Of a stretch of DNA of 64,000 bases, positions 51,386 through 60,881 are shown piece after piece (the stretch's first letter is position 1; each line of letters opens with the position of its first letter). The translations under genes were made by a program, and so were the position numbers. The stretch is from Candidatus Omnitrophota bacterium (GTDB taxonomy: Bacteria > Omnitrophota > Gorgyraeia > Zapsychrales > JANLHA01). The stretch is from the NCBI GenBank assembly GCA_038222225.1, contig JBBRHV010000005.1, positions 1,824 through 65,823 of the forward strand. The letters run 5' to 3'. Below the pieces are notes generated by a model. The model made no database searches. It was not told the DNA's origin and worked only from the letters and a program-made list of their open reading frames with translations.

Positions 51386-52337
51386 TTATCATCAGGCGCC
51401 AGTGGCGGTGAGGGAGCGCGCTTTTCTTTCTCGGGATCGCGTCTCGGTAGTGGCGAGGGATCTTATGGCGCTGTTTAAGGCCCAAGGCGTTTTTATTTTA
51501 TCGACCTGTGCCCGGACAGAGATATACGCGCAGGGAATCAGCGTGGAAGAATTGCAGTCGGCTTTTATCATGCTTTGCCAAGGAGAAAAATCTTTTTTAG
51601 AATTACGTCAAGGCAGGGATGCCATTGCGCATCTTTTTACGGTTGCTTCTGGGGCGGAATCTCCGGTTTTTGGTGATTCGAATATTGTTCGTCAGATCAA
51701 GGAAGCGTATTTTTTGGGGCGGGAAACAGGAACGTTGACCAGGCTTCTTTCCCGGGTTTTGGAAAGGACGTTGTGCGCGGGTCGAGATATACGCAGGGCG
51801 TTGCAGCTCACACAGAGAGAAGGGGATGTTGCTGTTCGGGCAATTCAGCTGGCGATTCAAAAACATAAGGGCCTGAAGGGAAAAAATATTTATGTGATTG
51901 GGTGCGGCGTGGTCGGACAGTCTTTGATCGAAGAGCTGTGTCAGCAACGGGCACGGATTCAGATCGTAGCCAACCGACGGCATGATCGGGCGTCGTTCAT
52001 CGCGCAGGAACATGGCTGTTTGGCAGTACGCTTTGAAGATTTTTATAACGGTTTAGCCGAAGCAGATCTGATTTTTAGCGCCACCAACAGCCCTCATTAT
52101 GTTGTATCTAGGGATATGTTTGAGCGCAGGGTTCCTGCGGATAAAGAAATGGTTATTTTTGATTTGGCGGTCCCGCGGGATATTGACAATAACATTGAGG
52201 GGTTTTCGGGGGTTAGGATTTATACCATTGACGACATAGGAGCTCCGGGAGAGGAAAGGCTTGTTTCCCAGGCTCGGCATATTGCACATTGCAAAGCAAA
52301 GGCGTTTTTTGCCAGGGAGAAGATCCATGCGGTTTAG
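51357..52337 (+). CDS. hemA: Glutamyl-tRNA reductase (short form, lacks C-terminal dimerisation domain)
   Basis: N-terminus MVGIDYHQAPVAVRERAFLS, catalytic Cys in LSTCARTEIY, and a NADPH-binding domain. At 326 aa it is shorter than the ~420-aa canonical enzyme. Confidence 0.85.
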   Translation: MMNFCMVGIDYHQAPVAVRERAFLSRDRVSVVARDLMALFKAQGVFILSTCARTEIYAQGISVEELQSAFIMLCQGEKSFLELRQGRDAIAHLFTVASGAESPVFGDSNIVRQIKEAYFLGRETGTLTRLLSRVLERTLCAGRDIRRALQLTQREGDVAVRAIQLAIQKHKGLKGKNIYVIGCGVVGQSLIEELCQQRARIQIVANRRHDRASFIAQEHGCLAVRFEDFYNGLAEADLIFSATNSPHYVVSRDMFERRVPADKEMVIFDLAVPRDIDNNIEGFSGVRIYTIDDIGAPGEERLVSQARHIAHCKAKAFFAREKIHAV

Positions 52338-52983
52338 AATCGGTACGCGGCCGAGCCCTTTAGCATTAGCACAGGTGCAGGAGGTTGTCACGCTCATAAG
52401 ACACAAGGGAGTCGATATGGATGTTGACATCGTTCCTATTGATTCTGACGGAGATTTAGACAAAAAGACGCCGTTTATACAAATAGAAGGGACGGATTTT
52501 TTTACCCGTAGACTTGAGGAAGCCTTGCGCCGGAATGAGATTGATTTGGCGGTGCATAGCGCTAAAGATTTAGAAGATGATTTACCGGAAGATTTGACGA
52601 TCGCGTTGATGACACCGTCCTTGAGTTCTTGTGAGTGTCTGGTTGCTCGAGAGAAGGGGTATTCTTTGGAGACCTTACCGGAGGCAAGCCGCATTGGAAC
52701 GAGCAGCCGCAAAAGGCAGAAAGCCCTTTTTCGATACCGGGCAGATTTTGTTGTCAAAGGCATTCGAGGCAATATAGAGGAACGATTGCAGCAGTTGGAT
52801 CATGGTGATTATGAGGCTCTTATTATGGCGCATGCGGCTCTGTTACGGCTGGGGATGGAAGGACGAATCAGTGAGATTATTTCCGGGGACATTATGCCTC
52901 CGCATCCTTTGCAGGGCAGGATTGCGGTTCAAGTCTTGAGCGAGAGGGAGGATCTTTTGAAATTATTAGGGGAATTGTGCTGA
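52327..52983 (+). CDS. hemC: Porphobilinogen deaminase, domains 1-2 only (C-terminal domain 3 absent)
   Basis: MRFRIGTRPSPLALAQ N-terminus and the HSAKDLEDD motif. The ORF ends after about 219 aa at ...LLGELC, before the region that carries the dipyrromethane-cofactor cysteine in canonical HemC. Confidence 0.75.
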   Translation: MRFRIGTRPSPLALAQVQEVVTLIRHKGVDMDVDIVPIDSDGDLDKKTPFIQIEGTDFFTRRLEEALRRNEIDLAVHSAKDLEDDLPEDLTIALMTPSLSSCECLVAREKGYSLETLPEASRIGTSSRKRQKALFRYRADFVVKGIRGNIEERLQQLDHGDYEALIMAHAALLRLGMEGRISEIISGDIMPPHPLQGRIAVQVLSEREDLLKLLGELC

Positions 52984-54389
52984 TGAGAACCACTCAGGGA
53001 AAAGTATATTTAGTGGGAGCCGGAGCGGCGGGCAGGGACTTGATCACAGTTCGGGGCCTGGGTATTTTACAGCAGGCGAATGTTGTCATTTATGACTATC
53101 TTACGGATAGGGCGCTGTTGGCCGAAATAAAAGAAGGCGCTGAGAGTTTTAATTGCCGTGATTTCGGAAAGGATCGAGAAGGAACGTCTAAGGACGCGCA
53201 GGATAAGATTAATGGGATGCTGGTTTCCCGGGCAAGGCAGGGAAAGATGGTTGTCCGACTCAAGAACGGGGATCCGATGATTTTTGGGAGAGCGTCCGAA
53301 GAGCTTGAGGCATTGCGAAAAGCCAGAATAGAATTTGAAATCGTTCCTGGAATATCCGCGGCGCAGGCTGCCGCTGCGTATTCTGGGATTCCGCTGACTG
53401 ACCGCAGCAGCGCCAAGAGCGTTGTTTTTGTGACGGGGCACCAAGCGCAAGGGGAAACAGCGAATCCAGTTGATTGGAAAAGCATCTCAGCTAACGGCAC
53501 GATTGTTCTGTATATGGCGGTCAAGACTATCCCGCGCATTGCCGCAACTCTGATCCAGGCAGGAAAACCGGCGAATACGCCGGTAGCGGCAATCTCTCAT
53601 GCCGGCAGGATAGAGCAGACGATCGTGATCAGCCGGCTTAAAGCGATCGCCTCTGATGTAAAAAAAGGGGGCATTGTTTCTCCGGCAGTTTTTATTATCG
53701 GTGATGTGGTTCTCAGAGAAAAAGCGTTCAATTGGTTTAAAAAGAATCAGCGCATTTTATATACCGGTACTTCCGGGCACAGAACTTCGTCCCGGGGAAC
53801 GGTTTTTCAGCAAGCGTTGATCCAAATTAAACCGATCAAAGATTATACGCATTTCGATAAACACCTTTGCGGTATTGATTCTTTTGATTGGGTTATTTTT
53901 ACGAGCCGCCACAGCGTTCAGTATTTTTTTGAACGGCTTGCTAAAGTTGGGCGTGATTCACGGGCATTGCATGGCGTTGGAGTTGCCGCGATCGGGACAA
54001 TGACCGCGAAACGTCTTTTAGATTTTGGGATCACGGCGGATTTGATTTCCCGTCAGGAATCTTCCCGGGGGCTATTGGCCGCGCTTAAACGGAGCAAGAT
54101 TGAAGGAAAAAGAATTTTTTTTCCCCGATCTAATATCGCGGACAAAGAACTTCCTTTGCAGATCCGGGAGCTGGGCGCAAAAGTCGTTACGAGCGCGGCG
54201 TATCGCAATGTTTCTCCGGAAGGTCTTCCGAATTGGGAAGCGGGCTTTTTTGATGAGATTGTGTTTACAAGCCCTTCGGGAGTGCGCAATTTTATCAAAC
54301 GGTATGGCCACCCCCCTCGAAAAGTAAAGATCAGATGTATCGGAGGCGTCACACGGGCGCAGGCCAAACAATCAAGAGTGATTGCGTGA
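52977..54389 (+). CDS. cobA: Uroporphyrinogen-III C-methyltransferase / uroporphyrinogen-III synthase fusion (CobA-HemD)
   Basis: N-terminal SUMT domain (VYLVGAGAAGRDLITVRG, GDPMIFGR). The C-terminal ~220 aa are HemD-like. Confidence 0.85.
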   Translation: MLMRTTQGKVYLVGAGAAGRDLITVRGLGILQQANVVIYDYLTDRALLAEIKEGAESFNCRDFGKDREGTSKDAQDKINGMLVSRARQGKMVVRLKNGDPMIFGRASEELEALRKARIEFEIVPGISAAQAAAAYSGIPLTDRSSAKSVVFVTGHQAQGETANPVDWKSISANGTIVLYMAVKTIPRIAATLIQAGKPANTPVAAISHAGRIEQTIVISRLKAIASDVKKGGIVSPAVFIIGDVVLREKAFNWFKKNQRILYTGTSGHRTSSRGTVFQQALIQIKPIKDYTHFDKHLCGIDSFDWVIFTSRHSVQYFFERLAKVGRDSRALHGVGVAAIGTMTAKRLLDFGITADLISRQESSRGLLAALKRSKIEGKRIFFPRSNIADKELPLQIRELGAKVVTSAAYRNVSPEGLPNWEAGFFDEIVFTSPSGVRNFIKRYGHPPRKVKIRCIGGVTRAQAKQSRVIA

Positions 54390-55381
54390 TGGTTCAAAAC
54401 AAAAAGAAAACTCATTGGACTCAATGGAAGAGCAAGCTCATTGAGGATCCGGTATTGCCTTATTTTGTTATTGAGGGCAAGAGTACTGTTCAGCCGATCA
54501 AAAGCATGCCCGGAGTGAACAGGTTTTCTGTTGATGAGCTTGTGAAAGATGTTGATTCTGCCAGACAACTCGGAATAAAAACAATCTTGCTGTTCGGTGT
54601 TGTATCCAATAGAAAAAAAGATGATTTAGGAGGCAATGCTTTTTGTCCGGATGATCTTATTTCAAGGGCTGTGAAGGAGATAAAGGATAAAATTAGAGGG
54701 GTAACGGTGATAACAGATGTCTGTCTTTGCGCATACACCACGCATGGGCATTGCGGGATCTTAACGGGACATGAAGGGGCAATAGATAGACGTAAGACGC
54801 TTAAGGCGCTTTCGGAGATGGCCCTTCGGCATGCTGAGGCCGGGGCCGATTGGGTGGCTCCTTCTGCGATGGCAAAAGGTCAGGTGGCGGCTATCCGACA
54901 GAAACTTGATTCCAACGGATTTCATCGGGTCAACATACTTGGCTATTCGGCAAAATTCGCCTCTGTGTTTTATGGGCCGTTTCGGGAAGCGGCGAAGTCA
55001 GCGCCGGCCTTTGGAGACCGTCGGGAATATCAGTTTGCTTCGGCAGACAGCGCCCGCGCGTTGCGTAGAATTGCCGCAGACATAAGGGAGGGGGCGGATA
55101 TGGTGATGGTGAAGCCGGCCCTTGCGTATCTCGATGTGATTCGCCAAGCAAAAGAAAAATTTCGTGTTCCGGTGGCGGCGTATAATGTGAGCGGGGAATA
55201 CGCGCTGATGAAGCTCGGCGCAAAAAAAGGATATTGGGATGAACAGGCTGCTCTTGCTGAGATCATGACTTCGATCCGACGCGCCGGAGCGGATGTGATC
55301 ATCTCGTATCATGCCAAGGACATTGTTCGGCGGAAAAACGCAGAGAAAAAAACTCTAAAAAGTTTTAATGGGGGAGAGTAG
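54389..55381 (+). CDS. hemB: Porphobilinogen synthase (delta-aminolevulinate dehydratase)
   Basis: Conserved active-site region (VMVKPALAYLDVI, YNVSGEYAL). About 330 aa; the track ORF starts upstream at 54335 in the same frame. Confidence 0.9.
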   Translation: MVQNKKKTHWTQWKSKLIEDPVLPYFVIEGKSTVQPIKSMPGVNRFSVDELVKDVDSARQLGIKTILLFGVVSNRKKDDLGGNAFCPDDLISRAVKEIKDKIRGVTVITDVCLCAYTTHGHCGILTGHEGAIDRRKTLKALSEMALRHAEAGADWVAPSAMAKGQVAAIRQKLDSNGFHRVNILGYSAKFASVFYGPFREAAKSAPAFGDRREYQFASADSARALRRIAADIREGADMVMVKPALAYLDVIRQAKEKFRVPVAAYNVSGEYALMKLGAKKGYWDEQAALAEIMTSIRRAGADVIISYHAKDIVRRKNAEKKTLKSFNGGE

Positions 55382-55384
55382 AGA

Positions 55385-57070
55385 ATGAAAGCCAAAGAAG
55401 ATTTGACGCAGGTTGAAAAAGATAAGATCGAAATTGGGTTTGATGCTGATTTTAAGGAGATTGCCAAACGTTCGCTGGAGTCTATTCCACCAAATGAAGT
55501 GGCACTGTGGAAATGGGCCGGGGTTTATCAGCAGCTGCAAAAAGGGTTTTTTATGATCCGCCTGCGGATCCCGGGAGGCCTTATGACCAGCGAACAACTT
55601 GAGCGGGCCGCTGATCTGTCTTCGGAGCTGGCTCAGGACCAGCTGTGCATTACAACACGGCAGTGTTTGCAATTTCATTGGATCCGCAAGGAAGATATTC
55701 ATAAAATTTTGGAAGGAATGAAAGAAGTCGGGATCCTGACAAAAAATGCCTGCGGAGATGTGACCCGAAATGTGGTGACTTGTCCGCTTCCCGGTGTTTG
55801 TCCGCATGAGGAAGGGGACACGTTGAATATGCTGCAGCTGATCGCTGATGATCCGGAGATGTTGGATCAGCAGCGGAATTTGCCACGCAAGCATAAAATC
55901 AGCGTGGCAGGTTGCGGACGTGCCTGCGGGCAGACGCTGATGAACTGTCAGGGATGGCATCCGATTCATCGAGAAGGCCGAACGGGATGGAGGTTTTACG
56001 CGGGCGGAGGTTTGGGGGCTAAGCCGTATTTGGGAAAATTAATTTTTGATTGGGTTCCGGAAGATCTTGTGGTGGATGTCGCGCGTGCTGTGACAGAAGT
56101 ATTCCGCCGTTTGGGGAATCGTAAGGTCAGGGCTTTAGCGAGGCTGAAGATCGTTGTGGATCGTCTCGGGGTCAAGGGTTTTGCCCAGGAAGTTCTTCAG
56201 GAATTAAGCGATCGTAAGGTATCCGGCATCGCAGGAATCGTTGTTGCGGAGTCTTCCGCGGAAATAGAAGAGAGCTTTCTTCAGGGGCAAGCGGTTATCC
56301 CTCAGCGGCAGACGGGCCTTTATGCGGTCCGCGCGATGATTCAGCGCAGTGAATTAACAAGTCAGGAAGCGCGGAGGTTTGCACAGTGGGCGCAGGGGTA
56401 CGGAGACGGAACAGTTGTTTTTACACACCGGCAGAATTTGGTATTTCGCTCGGTTGCGTTCAATAAGACCGAAGAACTGTTGGGGTTGCTGAAAAATGCG
56501 GGGTATCGTATTGAGGGGTTTGAACACTTACCGGATATGGTTGCCTGCGTAGGAACAACGGTGTGTAACCTGGCGGTGTCGGATACGCCCAACACGTATC
56601 GGAGCATGATGGAGAAACTCACATCGGACGCGGATTGGTGGAAAAATATCGGGCCTTTAAGGATTAACATGAATGGTTGTCCTAATTCGTGCGGGCAGCA
56701 TGCGGTTGCGGATATCGGATTGCGCGGGCTGCGCAAAAGGACTGAACAGGGATCGGAGGAAGGATATAGTATTTTTGTCGGCGGCTCCTTGTCCGGCGCC
56801 GGGCATCTCGGGGAATACGTGTGTGATGCAACGGCTTCCCAGGTAATTGCGACCGTTAAGAAGATTTTGACAGTCTATCTTCAGAAGCGCTTGTCGCCGG
56901 AGGAATATTTTGGTGTTTTTTCTCGACGGGTAACCGGAGCCGGAATGAAAGACATGCTGGGAAGCAGAGAAGTCGAATCTGATTTTGTGCAGGAAAGAAA
57001 TCAGAAGTATCAGGCTGTTTTTCAAGCAACAATTGATTCGACCCGAGAACAAAAAAGAGATAAATCATGA
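55385..57070 (+). CDS. sir: Ferredoxin-type assimilatory sulfite (nitrite/sulfite) reductase hemoprotein, siroheme/[4Fe-4S]
   Basis: Two NIR_SIR ferredoxin-like half domains and the siroheme-cluster Cys motifs (CGDVTRN...C; CPNSCGQH). Confidence 0.85.
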   Translation: MKAKEDLTQVEKDKIEIGFDADFKEIAKRSLESIPPNEVALWKWAGVYQQLQKGFFMIRLRIPGGLMTSEQLERAADLSSELAQDQLCITTRQCLQFHWIRKEDIHKILEGMKEVGILTKNACGDVTRNVVTCPLPGVCPHEEGDTLNMLQLIADDPEMLDQQRNLPRKHKISVAGCGRACGQTLMNCQGWHPIHREGRTGWRFYAGGGLGAKPYLGKLIFDWVPEDLVVDVARAVTEVFRRLGNRKVRALARLKIVVDRLGVKGFAQEVLQELSDRKVSGIAGIVVAESSAEIEESFLQGQAVIPQRQTGLYAVRAMIQRSELTSQEARRFAQWAQGYGDGTVVFTHRQNLVFRSVAFNKTEELLGLLKNAGYRIEGFEHLPDMVACVGTTVCNLAVSDTPNTYRSMMEKLTSDADWWKNIGPLRINMNGCPNSCGQHAVADIGLRGLRKRTEQGSEEGYSIFVGGSLSGAGHLGEYVCDATASQVIATVKKILTVYLQKRLSPEEYFGVFSRRVTGAGMKDMLGSREVESDFVQERNQKYQAVFQATIDSTREQKRDKS

Positions 57071-59424
57071 AGCCAGAAAAAATATTTGAGGCCCGGAGGT
57101 GTTTAGAACAGGGAAAAAATGACGAGGCCATTGATCTCTTGAGGTCAGAAGAAGCGCCGCATCATGCTGAGGCTTGTGTATTGTTAGCCCGGGCGTATTA
57201 TCAGCGCGGGGATACACGAGGCGATATTTATAGCAGTCATTTTTTTGCCCAGCGGGCTTTGTCCCTTGGGTTGCAAACAGATGAAGTGTTGGCAATGTAC
57301 GCGGTGACCTCTTTTCAGAAAGAACAGTATACAGAGGCTGTTTTTGCGTTTGAACAGTTTGTGACCGCTGATTCGCCAGCCGGGACGATGTTGTTGTTTG
57401 GGTTGGCCCTGGTTTACAGCGGCAGGGAAATGGAAGGAAAACTTTGGATCGAGAAGGCTAGCCAAAAAGATCCAGCCTGTCAGGAGAAGGCGAAGGAGGG
57501 GGTTCTTTTTTCTCAGAAAGAAAAGACATTAAAGATATCGTCGACCGGGAACATGTATGAATCCCGTTTGGAGCAGCTAAAGTTTTCCGAGCAAGCAGAA
57601 ATCCCAGCCCTTTATGAGCATCAGCCGTTGTCGATGCTGCGCGGTCAGGGAGAGTCGCTAAAAGATTTTGATTGGATGGACAAGAATGTTCCCTGTCAGA
57701 AGGCCTGTCCGGCGGGAACAGATATTCCGGAATACTTGAACGCGATTTTTTTAAAAGAATATGACAGGGCTTACCGGATCAATCTGTGGGACAATGTTTT
57801 TCCCGGGGTTTTAGGACGTGTTTGTGCCCGGCCGTGTGAGGAAAAATGCCGCCATGGCTGGCCGGGGCTTGGACAGCCGGTTGCGATTTGTTGGAGTAAG
57901 CGGGCCGCGGCAGATCACAGGTCAAGTGAGACCGGACGGCTTAAAGCTCTTTTTTCTTCCAGTGGCAAGAGCGTTGCAGTCATTGGCGCTGGTGTGGCGG
58001 GCTTGGCAGCCGCCAGGCAGCTGGCCCTGTGTGGACATGCTGTCACTGTGTATGAAAAACATAAGATTCCGGGTGGGATGATGAATCAAGGAATTCCGGA
58101 GTTTCGTTTGCCTCGGGAGGTTATCCAAAGGGAAATAGAACAGGTTCTGGCTTGCGGGGTTCGTTTAGAATGCGGCAAGGACATTGGCAAAGATATTTTG
58201 TTTGAAGATTTTGTAAAATCTCATGAGGCGGTAATTGTGGCAGCCGGAACATTGCGCCCTAATAAGCTTGAGCTTCCCGGCGCTGAGATTTCCGGAATTT
58301 ATCATGGGCTGGAATTTTTGTTAAGCGTTAATGAGTATGGGCGGCGGGATATCGGGAAGAATGTCATTGTTATCGGAGGAGGCTTTACCGCGATGGATTG
58401 CGCCCGTACCGCTTGGCGGTTGGGGGCTAAAAGCGTCCGTGTTCTTTATCGCCGCTCAGTTGAGGAGATGCTGATTACGCCCGGCGAACTGGAGGAGTTG
58501 AGCCAGGAGGGTATACCTATGGAATTTTTAATAGGCCCTGTGGCATACCTTGGCCAGGCAGGTCAAGGCTTGAGTGCGGTACGTTTTATCCGTAATGAAC
58601 TGGGGGCGCCAGATCAAAGCGGACGACGGCGACCGGTGCCGATTCAAGGAAGCGAATTTAACGTTGAGGCTGATATGGTTCTTTTAGCTACCGGGCAATT
58701 TGCTGACACGTCTTGGATAGGAGGGCCGTTGAGCGATAAAATTTGCGATAGCTCGGGAAGGGTCTTGGGCACAGGGGGATGCCGGACAAATATCGAGAAT
58801 GTTTTTCTGGCCGGGGATTTCGCGCAGGGAGCGTCATCTTTGATTAGCGCAATTGCTCATGCCAAACAAACGGCACGTGAGGTTGACCGATTTTTGACCG
58901 GCAAAGAGCGGTTTAAGGATGTTGTGCGTGTTCAGGACGCACAGACCACCGGACGGATCCGCGAAATGGATGCTGTTCCCCGGGTTGATATGCCGGTCAT
59001 CACAACGGATCAAAGAGACCTGCGGGCTGAAGTCGAAAAAGGATTAGATCCGGCTTTAGCCATCGACGAAACTCAGCGCTGCTATCTTTGTCATTACAAA
59101 TTTGAGATTGATCAGGATAAGTGCATTTATTGCGATTGGTGTATTAAAGCTAAGCCGCGGCCTAATTGTATCCTGAAGGTTAAAGAAATTATCCGTGACG
59201 AAGAAGGGCGGACCAAAGATTTTGTATTTGCCAAGAGCAGCGAAGAAACTAAGTTTATTTATATTAATCAGGAAGATTGTATCCGTTGTCATGCCTGTGT
59301 TTTGGCTTGTCCGGTGGGGTGTATTCATGTTCAGAAGGTGTCCCTGCAGACAAAAGTTTGTGATGGTTCACAAAAAGGAAAGAGCGCTGGATCGAATTCT
59401 TGTGGTTCTTGCGGGTCTCGATAA
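57067..59424 (+). CDS. TPR-repeat / GltD-like NAD(P)H flavin oxidoreductase / 2x[4Fe-4S] ferredoxin fusion protein
   Basis: N-terminal ~200 aa of TPR-like repeats. The central region has GltD-type Fe-S Cys motifs (CQKACPAG, GRVCARPCEEKC) and two dinucleotide-binding motifs (VAVIGAGVAG, VIVIGGGFTAMD). The C-terminal region has CIYCDWC...CP and CIRCHACVLACP. Confidence 0.7.
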   Translation: MKPEKIFEARRCLEQGKNDEAIDLLRSEEAPHHAEACVLLARAYYQRGDTRGDIYSSHFFAQRALSLGLQTDEVLAMYAVTSFQKEQYTEAVFAFEQFVTADSPAGTMLLFGLALVYSGREMEGKLWIEKASQKDPACQEKAKEGVLFSQKEKTLKISSTGNMYESRLEQLKFSEQAEIPALYEHQPLSMLRGQGESLKDFDWMDKNVPCQKACPAGTDIPEYLNAIFLKEYDRAYRINLWDNVFPGVLGRVCARPCEEKCRHGWPGLGQPVAICWSKRAAADHRSSETGRLKALFSSSGKSVAVIGAGVAGLAAARQLALCGHAVTVYEKHKIPGGMMNQGIPEFRLPREVIQREIEQVLACGVRLECGKDIGKDILFEDFVKSHEAVIVAAGTLRPNKLELPGAEISGIYHGLEFLLSVNEYGRRDIGKNVIVIGGGFTAMDCARTAWRLGAKSVRVLYRRSVEEMLITPGELEELSQEGIPMEFLIGPVAYLGQAGQGLSAVRFIRNELGAPDQSGRRRPVPIQGSEFNVEADMVLLATGQFADTSWIGGPLSDKICDSSGRVLGTGGCRTNIENVFLAGDFAQGASSLISAIAHAKQTAREVDRFLTGKERFKDVVRVQDAQTTGRIREMDAVPRVDMPVITTDQRDLRAEVEKGLDPALAIDETQRCYLCHYKFEIDQDKCIYCDWCIKAKPRPNCILKVKEIIRDEEGRTKDFVFAKSSEETKFIYINQEDCIRCHACVLACPVGCIHVQKVSLQTKVCDGSQKGKSAGSNSCGSCGSR

Positions 59425-59439
59425 AGAGTCGGCGGAACA

Positions 59440-60714
59440 TTGAGGAAATCAATAGTTATGGGGTTGTCAAGCAAAGTGAACAACAAGAAATTATTACGCT
59501 CAGCCCGCGCGTGTTTGGTCGGAGGGGTCAACAGCCCTGTTCGCAGTTTTTCCGCGGTTGGGCAGGATTCGTTTATCATCAAAAAGGGGCGAGGGCCATA
59601 TCTGTATGATCATGATGGAAAACGCTATATCGATTACGTGCTGTCGTGGGGTGCGGCGATTTTTGGCCATGCGCATTCTCCGATTGTTAAGGCTGTTCAG
59701 GATAGTGCTCGCAATGGAACGCATTTTGGAGTTACAACTTGCGTAGAGATCGAATTAGCCCAAATGATTCAGGGGGCGATCTCTTTTGTTGAAAAGGTCC
59801 GTTTTGTGAATTCAGGGACCGAGGCGGTCATGGGTGCGGTGCGGCTGGCCAGGGGGTTTACCGGCAGAGACATTATTCTGAAATTTGAACATTCGTATCA
59901 TGGTCATGCTGATTATCTGTTGGCAAAGGCAGGATCAGGATTAGCAACACTTGGGATTCCGGCTAGTAAGGGGGTGCCTAAAGATTTCACCCGAAAAACA
60001 TTGATTGCCCCTGCCGGAGATTGGGAGGCCGTGGAAAGAATCTTTCAACGGCATGGCAAGCAGATTGCCGCTGTGCTGGTGGAGCCCGTTGGAGGGAATT
60101 ACGGCGTGACCCCTCCGGATCAGGAGTTTTTACAAAAATTGCGCCGGATAACACAGCGGAATGGAGCCCTGCTAATCTTTGATGAAGTGATTACAGGGTT
60201 TCGTTTTCATTATGGCGCGGCAGCGGATCTTTTTGGCGTTACGCCTGATTTGATCACGTTAGGAAAGATTATTGGAGGAGGGCTTCCGGTCGGGGCGTTT
60301 GCCGGCCCGGAAAAAATTATGCGGCACTTGGCTCCGTTAGGGCAGGTTTATCAGGCGTCAACCTTTGCCGGGAATCCGATTGTCATGGCAGCAGGGAAAG
60401 CAACGCTGAGGGCTCTTAAGGAGAAGAAAAAGGAGTATTCCCGGCTCAGTCGGTATGGAAATGTATTGGCCTCGACATTGAAAGAATCGCTTTCAAGAAG
60501 AAAGATGAATGTTTCTGTTGTTCAGCATCATTCGATGCTGAGCGTCAGATTTCTTGACGGCAGGGTATTTAGAAAGTTCTACCAGGGCATGTTTCAGCAA
60601 GGGATCTTTCTGGCCCCGTCTGAATTTGAAGTGAATTTTATTTCATTTGCCCATCAGGAGAAAGATATTCATCGCACGCAATCTGCGATGGAGCGCTCGA
60701 TCGCTGCGCTTTAA
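59440..60714 (+). CDS. hemL: Glutamate-1-semialdehyde 2,1-aminomutase
   Basis: GGVNSPVRSF N-terminus and the class III aminotransferase PLP Lys in LITLGKIIGGG. Confidence 0.9.
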   Translation: MRKSIVMGLSSKVNNKKLLRSARACLVGGVNSPVRSFSAVGQDSFIIKKGRGPYLYDHDGKRYIDYVLSWGAAIFGHAHSPIVKAVQDSARNGTHFGVTTCVEIELAQMIQGAISFVEKVRFVNSGTEAVMGAVRLARGFTGRDIILKFEHSYHGHADYLLAKAGSGLATLGIPASKGVPKDFTRKTLIAPAGDWEAVERIFQRHGKQIAAVLVEPVGGNYGVTPPDQEFLQKLRRITQRNGALLIFDEVITGFRFHYGAAADLFGVTPDLITLGKIIGGGLPVGAFAGPEKIMRHLAPLGQVYQASTFAGNPIVMAAGKATLRALKEKKKEYSRLSRYGNVLASTLKESLSRRKMNVSVVQHHSMLSVRFLDGRVFRKFYQGMFQQGIFLAPSEFEVNFISFAHQEKDIHRTQSAMERSIAAL

Positions 60715-60881
60715 GGAGGCATGGATGGAAAAGAAGCGCGTGGATGACGCTGTTTTTAAGAAGAGAGGTTTTTAAGGAACAAGCAGGAGGAAGATTACGG
60801 CGCTTGTAAACGTCGATAGAAAAAACGTAAATTTTTTACATGTTAATTGCAAGTGAAGTTCGATAAGAAAAGGAGGAAGAA

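Noticed and set aside
60715-60881. Tiny ORF MDGKEARG upstream of the OMP gene
   Set aside because: It is eight codons with no RBS conservation evidence, and most likely just part of the promoter or leader region.
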